From Candidatus Limnocylindrales bacterium (GTDB lineage: Bacteria > Moduliflexota > Moduliflexia > Moduliflexales > JAUQPW01): a stretch of DNA of 52,166 bases. This document shows positions 1-9,248 of the stretch, piece by piece. Both the position numbers and the translations under genes were made by a program. Under the pieces are notes generated by a model. That model did not search any database and was not told where the DNA came from. It saw only the letters and a list, made by a program, of their open reading frames with translations. Location: assembly GCA_035559535.1 (NCBI GenBank), contig DATMBG010000011.1, positions 1-52,166 on the forward strand, read 5' to 3'. Each line of letters starts with the position of its first letter. Within the stretch, counting starts at the first letter, position 1.

Positions 1-46
1 CCCGCCCCTACATACTCCCATACCCCCATACCCCCACACTCCCATT
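1..46. repeat. Degenerate 8-mer tandem repeat (CCCATACT/CCACACT-like), truncated at window edge
   Basis: catactcccatacccccatacccccacactccc; same unit family as 10176-10292 and 22719-22867. Confidence 0.8.
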
Positions 47-997
47 CTACTTTAACCTGGGGTCGAGCACATCCCGTAATCCGTCCCCTAAGAGATTAAA
101 TCCCAAGGTGGAAAGGAAAATAGCTAATCCGGGGAAGGTAATAACCCACCAGGCCCGGAGAATCAGAGCTCTGGCCTGATTGAGCATGGCCCCCCATTCT
201 GGAGTAGGGGGTTGGGCACCTAGACCCAGGAAGCTTAATCCGGCTGCTTCTACAATGGCCGTAGCGAAACCCAGGGTAGTTTTAACCAGAATCGGTGCAA
301 AGCAATTGGGCAGAATGGTAAGGAGGAGAATTCTCAAGTCCCGGGCACCCAGGGATCTGGCTGCCTGAACATACTCCCGCTGACGCTCTACCAACACCGA
401 AGCCCTTACAATTCGCGCGTATTCCGGGATTCCTACAATCCCGATGGCAATTATGGCATTGAACAGGCCGGGACCCAAAACTGCTACAATGAGAATCGCC
501 AGTAAAATGCCCGGGAAAGCCAGGAGGATGTCCATGAATCTCATGATGAGATGATCCAAAGCACCTGAATAATATCCGGACAAAGCGCCGAAAATAATCC
601 CAAATCCCAAAGAGATACCTACCGAAACCAATCCGACTTGAAAAGAAATGCGAGCTCCATAAAGGATTCGGCTGAGGATATCCCTTCCAAAATCATCGGT
701 TCCCAGAAGATGTTCCCGACTTCCCTTCAAGTCCCAAACAGGTGGCTTTAAGCGCCCATACAGGTCTTGGGCCAACGGATCATAAGGAGCCAGATAGGGA
801 GCCAAAAGGGCAGAAGTCAGAAATAACAGGAGAAGAATTCCCCCGGCCAGTGCAGCTTTGTTTTTTTTGAAGCGATACCAGGTTTTAAGTGTGGGCGTAG
901 AAGGGGATCGAGGTGTAAGAGATACCTCCGTATTTCCAGATGATCCGTTTGCTCTTCTTCTTTCCTTTCTTTCATCCTTTAATTCGAGGGTCCACAT
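47..997 (-). CDS. dppC: Dipeptide/oligopeptide ABC transporter permease (DppC/OppC type)
   Basis: HLLGTDDFGRDILSR, EYVQAARSLGA (EAA motif), LSFLGLGAQPPTPEWG; follows dppB; exact start uncertain. Confidence 0.9.
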   Translation of the reverse strand: MWTLELKDERKERRRANGSSGNTEVSLTPRSPSTPTLKTWYRFKKNKAALAGGILLLLFLTSALLAPYLAPYDPLAQDLYGRLKPPVWDLKGSREHLLGTDDFGRDILSRILYGARISFQVGLVSVGISLGFGIIFGALSGYYSGALDHLIMRFMDILLAFPGILLAILIVAVLGPGLFNAIIAIGIVGIPEYARIVRASVLVERQREYVQAARSLGARDLRILLLTILPNCFAPILVKTTLGFATAIVEAAGLSFLGLGAQPPTPEWGAMLNQARALILRAWWVITFPGLAIFLSTLGFNLLGDGLRDVLDPRLK

Positions 998-1973
998 ATG
1001 CGTATAAAAGATCTACAAGGAGATTAAGAAGTACAAAAGTTGTCGCCAGTAGCATGGCCCCACCTTGAACGGCCGGAAAGTCCCGGGCTTGAACGGCCAG
1101 AACCAGCCATCGTCCCACCCCCGGCCAGGCAAATATGGTCTCGGTCAGAATCGCTCCACCCAGGAGAAATCCCAATTGTAAGCCGGTTACCGTGATAATA
1201 GGAATCAGAGCGTTACGAAGGGCATGTTTATAAATTACCCATCGCTCTGAAAGGCCTTTAGCATAGGCAGTTCGGATGAACTCTTGCTGGAGAACCTCCA
1301 GCATACTTGAACGGGTCATGCGGGCAATGAGGGATAGGGGGATGGTTCCCAGAGCAACGGCAGGAAGAATCAGATGCCAGAGGGTGTCCTTGAGAGCGGC
1401 CCAGTTCCCGGTCAGCAGGCTATCTACGATATAAAAATTGGTTATTGTCTGTAACGAAAGCTGGGGATTAAGACGACCGGAGACCGGAAACCAACCCAGG
1501 TTAACGGAGAAAACGAGAATGAGAAGCAACCCAAGCCAAAAAATAGGCATAGAAGCCCCCATCAGGGCGCCGATCATGGTACCATAATCCAGGAAAGAAT
1601 ACCGTCGGGTTGAAGAAACAATCCCGGCCAATGTACCCAATGTTGTGGCAAAGATCATGCTGGCTATGGCCAATTCCATGGTGGCCGGAAATCGGTTCTT
1701 GATCTCTACAACGATCTTCTCTCGGGTTTTGATGGATCGCCCCAGGTCACCTTGCAAAACCCCCTTCAAAAACCGCCCATACTGAATGTACCACGGTTTA
1801 TCTAATCCCAATTCTCGCCGAAGCTCGGCTAAAGCCTGTTCAGAGGCTCGCTCACCCAGCATAATCCGTGCGGGGTCTCCCGGCGTTGCACGCAGGGTTA
1901 AAAAGACAAGAAAGGATATTCCCAGCAAGGTTGGAATGGTGGTCAGAAGGCGGTGGAGTATCTCTTGTAGCAT
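972..1973 (-). CDS. dppB: Dipeptide/oligopeptide ABC transporter permease (DppB/OppB type)
   Basis: PGDPA, LGLDKP, ARMTRSSMLEVL, TAYAKGL, ETIFAWPGVG, DPRI C-terminus. Confidence 0.92.
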   Translation of the reverse strand: MLQEILHRLLTTIPTLLGISFLVFLTLRATPGDPARIMLGERASEQALAELRRELGLDKPWYIQYGRFLKGVLQGDLGRSIKTREKIVVEIKNRFPATMELAIASMIFATTLGTLAGIVSSTRRYSFLDYGTMIGALMGASMPIFWLGLLLILVFSVNLGWFPVSGRLNPQLSLQTITNFYIVDSLLTGNWAALKDTLWHLILPAVALGTIPLSLIARMTRSSMLEVLQQEFIRTAYAKGLSERWVIYKHALRNALIPIITVTGLQLGFLLGGAILTETIFAWPGVGRWLVLAVQARDFPAVQGGAMLLATTFVLLNLLVDLLYAYVDPRIKG

Positions 1974-2012
1974 TTTCTAACTTCCTCAAGTATTCAACAC
2001 TTCGATCCTTAT

Positions 2013-2342
2013 CTATCGAGAATTCACATTGGAGAAGCCTAATTCCAACAACATGTGACAGGAAACACAGACCAGCTTATTTTCTAGAGCTTTATCTTCT
2101 GCAATAGAATAAACAACCAGTTGATGGCAGCGCTCACAGGAAACTACCGGCCGTGAGAAGTCTACCTCGGTTTCTGGAAGATCCCCTAAGGATAGTTCTT
2201 TCCCCAATGCCCGGGTGAAAGGCTCAAAGGTGGTGTAACAATTTGCACAGACATGGTTGAAACAACAGGAAGGACTACAGGTATAGGCTACCTCCTGAGA
2301 ATTACAGCCAGGACAGGCAATGGTAAGAGGGAGAAGTTTCAT
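2013..2342 (-). CDS. Small cysteine-rich putative zinc-binding protein
   Basis: CPGC, CSPSCC, HVCANC, CERC, CVSC motifs; start probably ATG 2342 or 2354 rather than 2468. Confidence 0.8.
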   Translation of the reverse strand: MKLLPLTIACPGCNSQEVAYTCSPSCCFNHVCANCYTTFEPFTRALGKELSLGDLPETEVDFSRPVVSCERCHQLVVYSIAEDKALENKLVCVSCHMLLELGFSNVNSR

Positions 2343-2477
2343 ATTTTCGTCCATTGTCCGTTGTCCGTTGTGTTTTGGTTTTTTAATAGGGATCCTTAGC
2401 TGAATGCGTAGGGGGCATAGGTACCAGGATAAGAATAGGGTCCATGAGGCGGGCCCCCTTAATGTCAAACAAGACGT

Positions 2478-2570
2478 TTACCCTACTAACCTTCCCCTGC
2501 TTTGCAAGAGAAGGAACTTTGAAGCGAAGTTCCCTTCCCTGTTAAACGGGGGAGGGACCGGGTGAGGCGC
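2478..2570. repeat. C-rich/G-rich palindromic REP-like element
   Basis: ggaactt..aagttcc and cttccc..gggagg inverted arms; similar style at 22391, 26446, 33063, 38436, 52105. Confidence 0.55.
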
Positions 2571-2722
2571 CTTAACCTGGTGCCTATGGGAACAAGAGGG
2601 ATTAGGTTCGAAAAACTTACCCCACAAAGCTTCTGCCTCTCCGTGAATCGGGAGAAAACCCATCCGATTTTGTTTTAAAGATTATGATTACAAAATGATA
2701 ACGGGCAACGGACAACAGGCCT

Positions 2723-3208
2723 CTATGAGAGTTTATATCCAAGCTTCCTTAAAAGTTCTTTCCTTGCTTTAATATCCTCTTCCGTTTCAATTCCTTTGGA
2801 TTTAAATCCGTCTATGACCCCTATGATACCTCGCCCCTGTTCTGTTTCGGCAACCAGAACCTCCAGAGGATTGGCGGTGGCGCAGAAAATCCGGCATACT
2901 TCTGGAACGTTTTTAATGGCATTGAGAACGTTGATGGGAAAAGCATCTTTCATAAAGACGATAAAGGAGTGACCACAGGCCAGGGAATAGGCATTATTTT
3001 TAGCCAGCTCAATGAGTTCAGGGTCGGTTCCACTGAATCGCACCAGGCAAGGACCCGAAGATTCACAGAAAGCTATTCCGAACTTAATACCGGGTACTGT
3101 ATTGACCATCACTTCATGGATATCTTCTACAGTTTTGATAAAATGACTCTGGCCTAAAATCAGGTTCACATTTTCCGGTTTTTGAATTCGAACGGTTTTA
3201 ATTTCCAT
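2723..3208 (-). CDS. Adenosine-specific kinase family protein (DUF355)
   Basis: [52 protein letters not shown] upstream of ATG 3208. Confidence 0.9.
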   Translation of the reverse strand: MEIKTVRIQKPENVNLILGQSHFIKTVEDIHEVMVNTVPGIKFGIAFCESSGPCLVRFSGTDPELIELAKNNAYSLACGHSFIVFMKDAFPINVLNAIKNVPEVCRIFCATANPLEVLVAETEQGRGIIGVIDGFKSKGIETEEDIKARKELLRKLGYKLS

Positions 3209-3252
3209 TTCTAAAGGCAACCTCCTTTCCCTGAAAGATCAGGCCTTTGCTA

Positions 3253-3684
3253 TCAGGCAGTATTGGAACCCTGCAGGGTTTCGTCGCGCTGCCACAAACG
3301 ATCTATCGACCACACTCCTCCTCCAGCCACAGCCAGGTAAAGAAACACGAAACAATAGAGTGCTGCCAGCTCTCCTCTGTTCAAGAGAGGCCAGAATCCC
3401 TGGGGTAAATGTACTTTAAAATAGGCTACGACCATTTCTCCTGCCAGGATAAATGCTACCGGTCTGGTGAACAACCCCAGCAGAATGAACAGTCCACCGA
3501 AGAATTCCAAAATTCCGGCTACCCACAACAATGACATCAGAGGAGGTAAGCCACCTTGCGGAGCAGTCGGTATGCCAAAAAGTTTCTGACTCCCATGCTG
3601 CATAAAAAGTAATGCTATAACAATTCGCATGATACTGAGCAGGTATGGCGACCAGGTTGCGTAAAAGGATTTTGAATTGGTCAT
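3253..3684 (-). CDS. DoxX family membrane protein
   Basis: LFMQHGSQKLFG, AGILEFFGG, LGLFTRPVAF, NRGELA; AGGAGG RBS. Confidence 0.92.
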   Translation of the reverse strand: MTNSKSFYATWSPYLLSIMRIVIALLFMQHGSQKLFGIPTAPQGGLPPLMSLLWVAGILEFFGGLFILLGLFTRPVAFILAGEMVVAYFKVHLPQGFWPLLNRGELAALYCFVFLYLAVAGGGVWSIDRLWQRDETLQGSNTA

Positions 3685-3941
3685 AAAGTCCCTCCTATCT
3701 CTCTAAGAAGAGCGTCTTATTGGATTATGGAAAAACCAATACTGGTTGCATCGGGAGATAATATACAGCTTTTGTAACCCCATTGTGAATAACCAACCCA
3801 GAGCCCTCAGAACTGCAAGCCAATAGGGTGTTTGCATAAGCTATTGGATTGTATCGGCAGTCCTTTACGTCAGGATCAAGAGCCAAAATTGAATAATTAT
3901 ATCCTTTTCCTAATGAAGAATTTAATATTTTCATAGGCAAC

Positions 3942-4104
3942 GTAACTATAACAATTTAGTTGGTAGGTGTCATTTTTTCTGTCTGAACACCCCCCTGGCC
4001 CCCTCCAGGGGGGACTTCGATCAGGAGCCATTCCCCCTTAAGTCCCCCCTGGAGGGGGGCCAGGGGGGTGTTTCTTTTTCCACCTACTAAATTGATACGG
4101 ATAC
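3942..4104. mobile_element. MITE-like non-autonomous element with palindromic core
   Basis: Imperfect TIRs (GTAACTATAACAATTTAGT vs rc of right end GTATCCGTATCAATTTAGT); flanked by 9-bp direct repeat ATAGGCAAC at 3933-3941 and 4105-4113; ~32-bp internal inverted arms. Confidence 0.8.
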
Positions 4105-4239
4105 ATAGGCAACCCTCCAAACGCATAATTTGCCTGCTGGAATAGTTTGGGAGTCAACAATCAGTTCATCACTAACTAACCCTGACCTGACGCCTATCGA
4201 TTGACAAAGAAGTACGCTGCTAAAGTGAATTTGTACCCG

Positions 4240-5235
4240 TTATGGATTCATTTTAATATCTATGAGTTCTACCCGTTCCCTGGTCTCGAGATCAATCTCT
4301 AATATCGGACCTATACCTGGGGCATAGTACTTGTTTTCCTCAGCACCAGGTTCAATCGGCGTAAAGTCCCTGGTAACCAAACAGTTGCCATTACATGAAG
4401 CTGCAGGTACGGTGGTTGACTCTGTTAGACTTAGTACCTGAGCCAGATCTTCAGCCCCACCGAGTGCAAATTCTTGACGATAAACATTGCCAATTTGGGG
4501 AAAAGACTTCATTACAATACCAGGCTTTGCTCCATCAACACCAGCTTTCCAGGAACCCTCGAGGCTAACGAGCTCACCATTATTAAATTCTTGAGAAATT
4601 TCACCGAAGTACCATACATTTCCTTGAACATCTTGAGCAAACCAATCTTCGGTATCCTCAATAGTTTGTCCGTTTTCTTGTACGATATCTCGCACAACCA
4701 CGCAGGTCACACCTAAAATCGTCTTGGTCGATTTAGTTACAGAAACTGTAGTTATCTGTCCACCACCCCTGTAAGTTCGGGTGGTACCCATTATAAGGGG
4801 AAAATAAGGATTAGGTGAGACAGTACTGCCAATCTGGGTTGGGTTAACAAAATTGCCGGGATCAATCTGCGGGTCATAACGTGCTTCACCCAACAACCTG
4901 CAGACTTCTAGACGCGCCTCCAATTGTTCTCTACACAGTTGCAGGTCTTCTCCCAATACGGCTACAGCCAAAGCTTCACACCCTGCACGAATATTTGGGT
5001 CTGATAAATTAGTGCAATTTCCCATCGAAATCCAGAAGTCATCTTTTACTTCATGCTGGCATGCTTTGAAAGCTGCATTTGCTGTTTGGGTACAAAAATC
5101 TGCCGCAACCGCTATGCCACCAACGAAATACAGTCCAATAATCAACATCACTAACCGATCAGAGAACGGCCGGATTCCTGGAAAATGTTTGCATGGCTTT
5201 ATATTTCTTATTTTTAAGTGCAGGGGTGGAGTCAT
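4240..5235 (-). CDS. Conserved hypothetical exported protein
   Basis: AAGGAGG RBS; signal peptide-like segment ending AVA-AD; Cys-rich N-region; NPYFPL and DWFAQDVQGNVWYFGE motifs. Confidence 0.85.
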   Translation of the reverse strand: MTPPLHLKIRNIKPCKHFPGIRPFSDRLVMLIIGLYFVGGIAVAADFCTQTANAAFKACQHEVKDDFWISMGNCTNLSDPNIRAGCEALAVAVLGEDLQLCREQLEARLEVCRLLGEARYDPQIDPGNFVNPTQIGSTVSPNPYFPLIMGTTRTYRGGGQITTVSVTKSTKTILGVTCVVVRDIVQENGQTIEDTEDWFAQDVQGNVWYFGEISQEFNNGELVSLEGSWKAGVDGAKPGIVMKSFPQIGNVYRQEFALGGAEDLAQVLSLTESTTVPAASCNGNCLVTRDFTPIEPGAEENKYYAPGIGPILEIDLETRERVELIDIKMNP

Positions 5236-5699
5236 TTTATTACCCTCCTTATGGGATCTTCTTATGATGTTGCATCTATAACTTTGGAACTACCTGTTTG
5301 GTTTGACATGAATCAAAATTAGATAAGACACCAAACGTATTCGTTTCTACTGTTTAGGAATTATCCTAATTGAGGGATATTTTTGACAGAATTGGTATTA
5401 GATATCGATGACTGCCTCCTCAAGGTTTTCTAGCTGGTGAATAGAATCTCGTACGATGACTTCCTTTACAATTCTATAAGGCAATCTAAACCATAACGGT
5501 TATGTCAGTTTATCTTATTATGAGAGGGTGAATATGTAAAGAAAAAATTCCATTTTTTCTATCAAAAAACACATGGATTGACTTCAACCCAAAACTTATT
5601 AACCTTAACAGGCTGGATTGGATTACCATTTTTTCTAAGCTTCTACATGTCGAGGCTCTTAAATACGTAATGAGGATAGAATGGAGGAATGCTGTTGGT

Positions 5700-5776
5700 C
5701 TAGAGTTTTTGACTCCCATGCGGCATAAAGAGTAACACTATAACAACTTGCATGAAATAAGCAGACGTGGTGACCA
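5700..5776 (-). pseudogene. doxX 5' fragment (frameshifted, premature stop)
   Basis: Translates WSPRLL/fs/MQVVIVLLFMPHGSQKL* versus WSPYLLSIMRIVIALLFMQHGSQKLF of 3253-3684. Confidence 0.8.
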
Positions 5777-5909
5777 TGGGGACGGAAGTCAGTAAACCGG
5801 ACATCGTCAGACCGGTCCGGACCAGGACCCGCACACATGCCCCCTACCTGTCTCGCATGAAGGGGTCCCAGGGACAGACCGAAGCTTCGTTGATTCTCCT
5901 TTCCGGCAC

Positions 5910-6770
5910 TTACCGCTTTGGTTGTATCGGCAATTTATTACCCATGATATTCTGCATATTGAATTCTTTATAACCCGGTGGGACGGTAAAGAGGGCATCA
6001 CTGAGTGATTTTCGTTCGATTTTGGTTACTTCCAGGGTCATCCTGGTCTTTCCATCCTCCTGTTTGGTGAGTTTTAAAGGAAAGGCACCACCCTGGAGAA
6101 ACTTCACCCATTCTGGATGGGCAGCCGCTGCCGTGAGAAGTTTGGGATCAAATATCAAATTCTTCAGCAAATTCCCGCCCCTTCCCATGGGGTTCCCCAT
6201 TCCGAAATAACCCAGTCCTTTAGCCACACATATATCTATCTCTTGTTGATCTCCCATCAACCAGTGTTCACACGGATAACCGGCAATTGTTTCTTGTTTG
6301 CCCGTAGGGGTAAGCTTGGGGAACTTTATCGGCTCCTCGGTGGCAGGTTCCTTATCCTTGGTCACTCCTTTCAGGCTTTCAACTGTTTCCTTCAAATCTA
6401 GGGTCATGTACATTTGCTTTGATGGGATCAAGGTGGTCATTTTTGCTGCTTCTAAATCCCACAGCATCACGGCCTGTCCTTCTGGCGTGTTAGCGGCTTT
6501 CGTCTCAATGCGAATATGCCGATCTTTAAGGAAGTAGATCATCTCCATTGTCTCTTTTCGGTTCTCGACATTCATCTTCATGGTGATGACTCCCTCAAAT
6601 TCTCCACTACCCTGGGCTACCGGAGAAGCCGTTGAAGCGGTTGAGGTTGTAGAATGATTTGACGGGGCCGGTTGCTCATTCCCGCTATAAACAAGGGTTA
6701 GGGTTGTACTACTCCATAAAATCATCCCTAAGACTATCCCGACCAGGTTAAAGATCCTTCTTTGAAACAT
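5910..6770 (-). CDS. DUF4412 domain-containing exported protein
   Basis: Signal peptide, Ser/Thr linker, TGKQETIAGYPCEHW, GAFPLK, LFTVPPGYKE; AGGAG RBS. Confidence 0.85.
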   Translation of the reverse strand: MFQRRIFNLVGIVLGMILWSSTTLTLVYSGNEQPAPSNHSTTSTASTASPVAQGSGEFEGVITMKMNVENRKETMEMIYFLKDRHIRIETKAANTPEGQAVMLWDLEAAKMTTLIPSKQMYMTLDLKETVESLKGVTKDKEPATEEPIKFPKLTPTGKQETIAGYPCEHWLMGDQQEIDICVAKGLGYFGMGNPMGRGGNLLKNLIFDPKLLTAAAAHPEWVKFLQGGAFPLKLTKQEDGKTRMTLEVTKIERKSLSDALFTVPPGYKEFNMQNIMGNKLPIQPKR

Positions 6771-7024
6771 AGAGTTCTCCTTTTAACTCGGAGGGTTTAA
6801 CACTCGCTTCAGACGGCGAGAGATAAACTCCACGTGTACAATTCTACGCTGTTCTCCAGCTTTAGCTATCCAATTAGAAACTTATCTCCAAAGCTCTAGT
6901 AGGAGAGAATACGGAATGGATTCAAAAAAGTCAATAACTTTTCGTCCTCAGTCCAGGGGGTACCCCCCTCCTGCCGGTAATTCTGATTGAATAGGCTACA
7001 CCGCCGGCAGGCAAATAACCCCTT

Positions 7025-7050
7025 GTAGGGGCGACCCTCGGTCGCCCCTA
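7025..7050. repeat. GTAG-type REP palindrome
   Basis: G-TAGGGGCGACC-ctc-GGTCGCCCCTA, perfect 11-bp stem. Confidence 0.75.
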
Positions 7051-7087
7051 TTCATTTTGAATACAACCTTCCCTCTCAGAAAGATTT

Positions 7088-7399
7088 TCACTCCTTGGGA
7101 GCAATCCAGATATCTTCATCTATTATCTTGACTTCGTAGAGAGGTACAGGAGCATAAGCCGGGAGCGTCTCCTCACCTGTTTTAACATTGAAACGAGCCC
7201 CATGGCGGGGACAGATGATATACTCACCTTCCAATTTCCCATCTACCAGGGGTCCACCGTCATGGGTACAGACATCTGAAATGGCATAGAACTTCCCTTC
7301 AAGATTAAACAATCCTACGGGTTCATCTTCGTACTTTACCCGCATTTTCTCTCCCGGTCCGAGATCTGTAATCTTCGCCACTTTGATGAATCTGGCCAT
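7088..7399 (-). CDS. Rieske [2Fe-2S] ferredoxin
   Basis: CTH...CPRH ligands, GARF; AAGGAGGT RBS. Confidence 0.93.
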   Translation of the reverse strand: MARFIKVAKITDLGPGEKMRVKYEDEPVGLFNLEGKFYAISDVCTHDGGPLVDGKLEGEYIICPRHGARFNVKTGEETLPAYAPVPLYEVKIIDEDIWIAPKE

Positions 7400-7589
7400 T
7401 TAGATTCTTTCACCTCCTTTAGGAGTCTTCTTTGTCCTTGTCGTCATAAGGCCGACAAAGTAAAGGCGACTGACCGATCACCCCTGTTCGGTGAAATCTT
7501 CCTGATCGCGGTTTATTTTATCTCAAAGAGCCACATTTCGAAACATCTATGGTAGTACTTACAGAAGAATGAGTCGTTTTGTCAATTGC

Positions 7590-8008
7590 GGGTATCTTAA
7601 AATGTAAACGGAAAATACCTCATTGAGCCGGTTCCTAAGCTTGCGTTGTTTGTACGGAACCTGTTTGAGTGGTATGCAACAGGACAGTATGCTATCAGAC
7701 AGTTGACTGAGAAAGCCAAACGGATAAAACTTATCTCAATGAAGGGATCTGGCTTCTCGAACTCGCGAAAAAGGCCGTAGAGCTATATTCTCAACAATCA
7801 GGAGAAGAAAAGAGAAAATTTGCTACAATGGGTACTTTCGAACTCGGTTTGGAGGGATGGGAAGTTGTATCCGGAGTACCGAAGACCTTTTGATTTATTG
7901 GTAGTTGCGAAGGAAGAAGAAAAGAAAAAAACCGCCTCCAAGGATGGAAGCGGCGATTTTTCAAATTGGCTCCCCGGGCCGGACTCGAACCAGCGACCAA
8001 GTGGTTAA
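7590..8008 (+). pseudogene. Decayed large serine recombinase (integrase) ending in tRNA-Asn
   Basis: Fragments in shifting frames: GYL/NVNGKYLIEPVPKLALFVRNLFEWYATGQYAIRQLTEKAK, DKTYLNEGIWLLELAKKAVELYSQQSGEEKRK, LLQWVLSNSVWRDGKLYPEYRRPFDLL...WLPGPDSNQRPSG*. Confidence 0.8.
7921..7955 (-). terminator. Rho-independent terminator after tRNA-Asn
   Basis: Minus strand CCGCTTCCA-tcct-TGGAGGCGG followed by TTTTTTTCTTT. Confidence 0.8.
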
Positions 8009-8042
8009 CAGCCACCCGCTCTACCTGCTGAGCTACCGGGGA
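7967..8042 (-). tRNA. tRNA-Asn (anticodon GTT)
   Basis: 76-nt cloverleaf: TCCCCGG/CCGGGGA acceptor, CTGTTAA anticodon loop, TTCGAGT T loop, encoded CCA. Confidence 0.98.
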
Positions 8043-8075
8043 ATAGGGTTCAAAGCGCTTGTTTTGAACATAATT

Positions 8076-8104
8076 AAGTTAGTATGGGGATTTTCTTTTG
8101 TCAA
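8076..8104 (-). promoter_or_regulatory. sigma70-type promoter of tRNA-Asn
   Basis: TTGACA-17 bp-TAACTT on minus strand. Confidence 0.7.
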
Positions 8105-8127
8105 TACCCTTAAATCCAATTTATTGC

Positions 8128-9225
8128 TCAAATTCGCTGGCCGGTACTATTGAAGAAAAAGGCCCGTTCCATTTGAAAGGTTACGTGTACCGCTTCGCCT
8201 TCGGCAACGGGAGCTTCCCCTTGAACGACCGATCGAATCTCCTTACCTTTGGCTTCCAGGAAGATGAGGGTTCGGCTTCCCAGGGGCTCGAGGAGGGTCA
8301 CACGGGCCGGAAAGGAATTCTCCCACTTAGGACCTATCGCGACAAACTCGGGGCGTATTCCTAAGGTGAGATTTTGGGAACTCAACGAAAGGTTTTTAGC
8401 TATAGCTTCAGGAATAGGGAGATAAAAAAGATCGGAGGTAGCCATCATTTCGGTTCCCCTGGACTGGATCGAACAGGGAAAGAGGTTGATGGGAGGAGCT
8501 CCAATAAAAGTTCCCACAAAGATGTTGGCCGGTTGGTGGTAAATTTGGTAGGGAGTTCCTACCTGTTGAATGACCCCATCCTTCATGACGGCAATGGTAT
8601 CCCCCAAGGTTAGAGCTTCTTCTTGATCGTGGGTGACAAAAATAGTGGAGGTCGAGAGTTTTCGTTGAATACGCTTGATCTCCGTTCGCATCTCTATCCG
8701 TAGAGCTGCATCCAGGTTGGCCAGGGGTTCATCCATGAGAAAGGCATCGGGCTCCATAACAATGGCCCGACCCAAGGCTACGCGCTGAGCCTGTCCTCCA
8801 GAAAGCTGGTTGGGTTTTCGATCCAGAAGCTCTTCGAGATGAAGGAGCCGGGCTGCTTCCCGAACCCGCCTGTCAATTTCTTCCTTACTGCAGGTTTTAC
8901 GCATGTCCAATCCAAAGGAGATATTTTTTCGCACGTTAAGATGGGGAAAAAGGGTAATATCCTGGAAAACAAAAGCCAGATTTCGGTCTTTGGGAGGTAA
9001 TCGGGTTACATTCCGACCTTTAATCCAGATGGCATCGTCATTATCCGGACTCTCAAGCCCTGCAATACAACGCAGGGTCGTGGTTTTACCACACCCGGAG
9101 GGGCCTAACAATACCATAAGTTCCCCTTCAGCAATGTCCAGATTCACATTTTTACAGGCCTGAACGGCGCCTTTTTGAAAAGACTTAACCAGATTTTTTA
9201 CTTGAATACCTGAATTTTTTACCAA
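8128..9225 (-). CDS. Sugar ABC transporter ATP-binding protein (MalK/MsmX/UgpC type)
   Basis: GPSGCGKT, LSGGQAQR, MDEPLANLD, VTHDQEEA, GIRPE/TOBE tail; start codon uncertain. Confidence 0.93.
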   Translation of the reverse strand: MVKNSGIQVKNLVKSFQKGAVQACKNVNLDIAEGELMVLLGPSGCGKTTTLRCIAGLESPDNDDAIWIKGRNVTRLPPKDRNLAFVFQDITLFPHLNVRKNISFGLDMRKTCSKEEIDRRVREAARLLHLEELLDRKPNQLSGGQAQRVALGRAIVMEPDAFLMDEPLANLDAALRIEMRTEIKRIQRKLSTSTIFVTHDQEEALTLGDTIAVMKDGVIQQVGTPYQIYHQPANIFVGTFIGAPPINLFPCSIQSRGTEMMATSDLFYLPIPEAIAKNLSLSSQNLTLGIRPEFVAIGPKWENSFPARVTLLEPLGSRTLIFLEAKGKEIRSVVQGEAPVAEGEAVHVTFQMERAFFFNSTGQRI

Positions 9226-9248
9226 AACTTTTCATCTGCAAAGGACCT

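Noticed and set aside
3725-3940. 71-aa ORF (also 5510-5719, 2478-2663, 43448-43663, 42163-42384)
   Set aside because: No recognisable motif or convincing RBS; several run through repeats or the doxX relic
4023-4030. GGAGCCA in the MITE spacer as a second att site of the tRNA-Asn island
   Set aside because: Only 7 nt, wrong orientation for a direct repeat, and part of the repeat family
6789-6830. Hairpin upstream of the DUF4412 gene as a riboswitch
   Set aside because: No conserved aptamer motif that I recognise; single imperfect stem
7791-8153. ORFs 7791-8015 and 7905-8153
   Set aside because: Overlap tRNA-Asn; translations of tRNA sequence
9215-9240. Possible homopolymer frameshift at the start of the sugar ABC ATPase (out-of-frame ATG at 9235)
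   Set aside because: In-frame TTG at 9225 gives a complete protein; cannot be decided without reads
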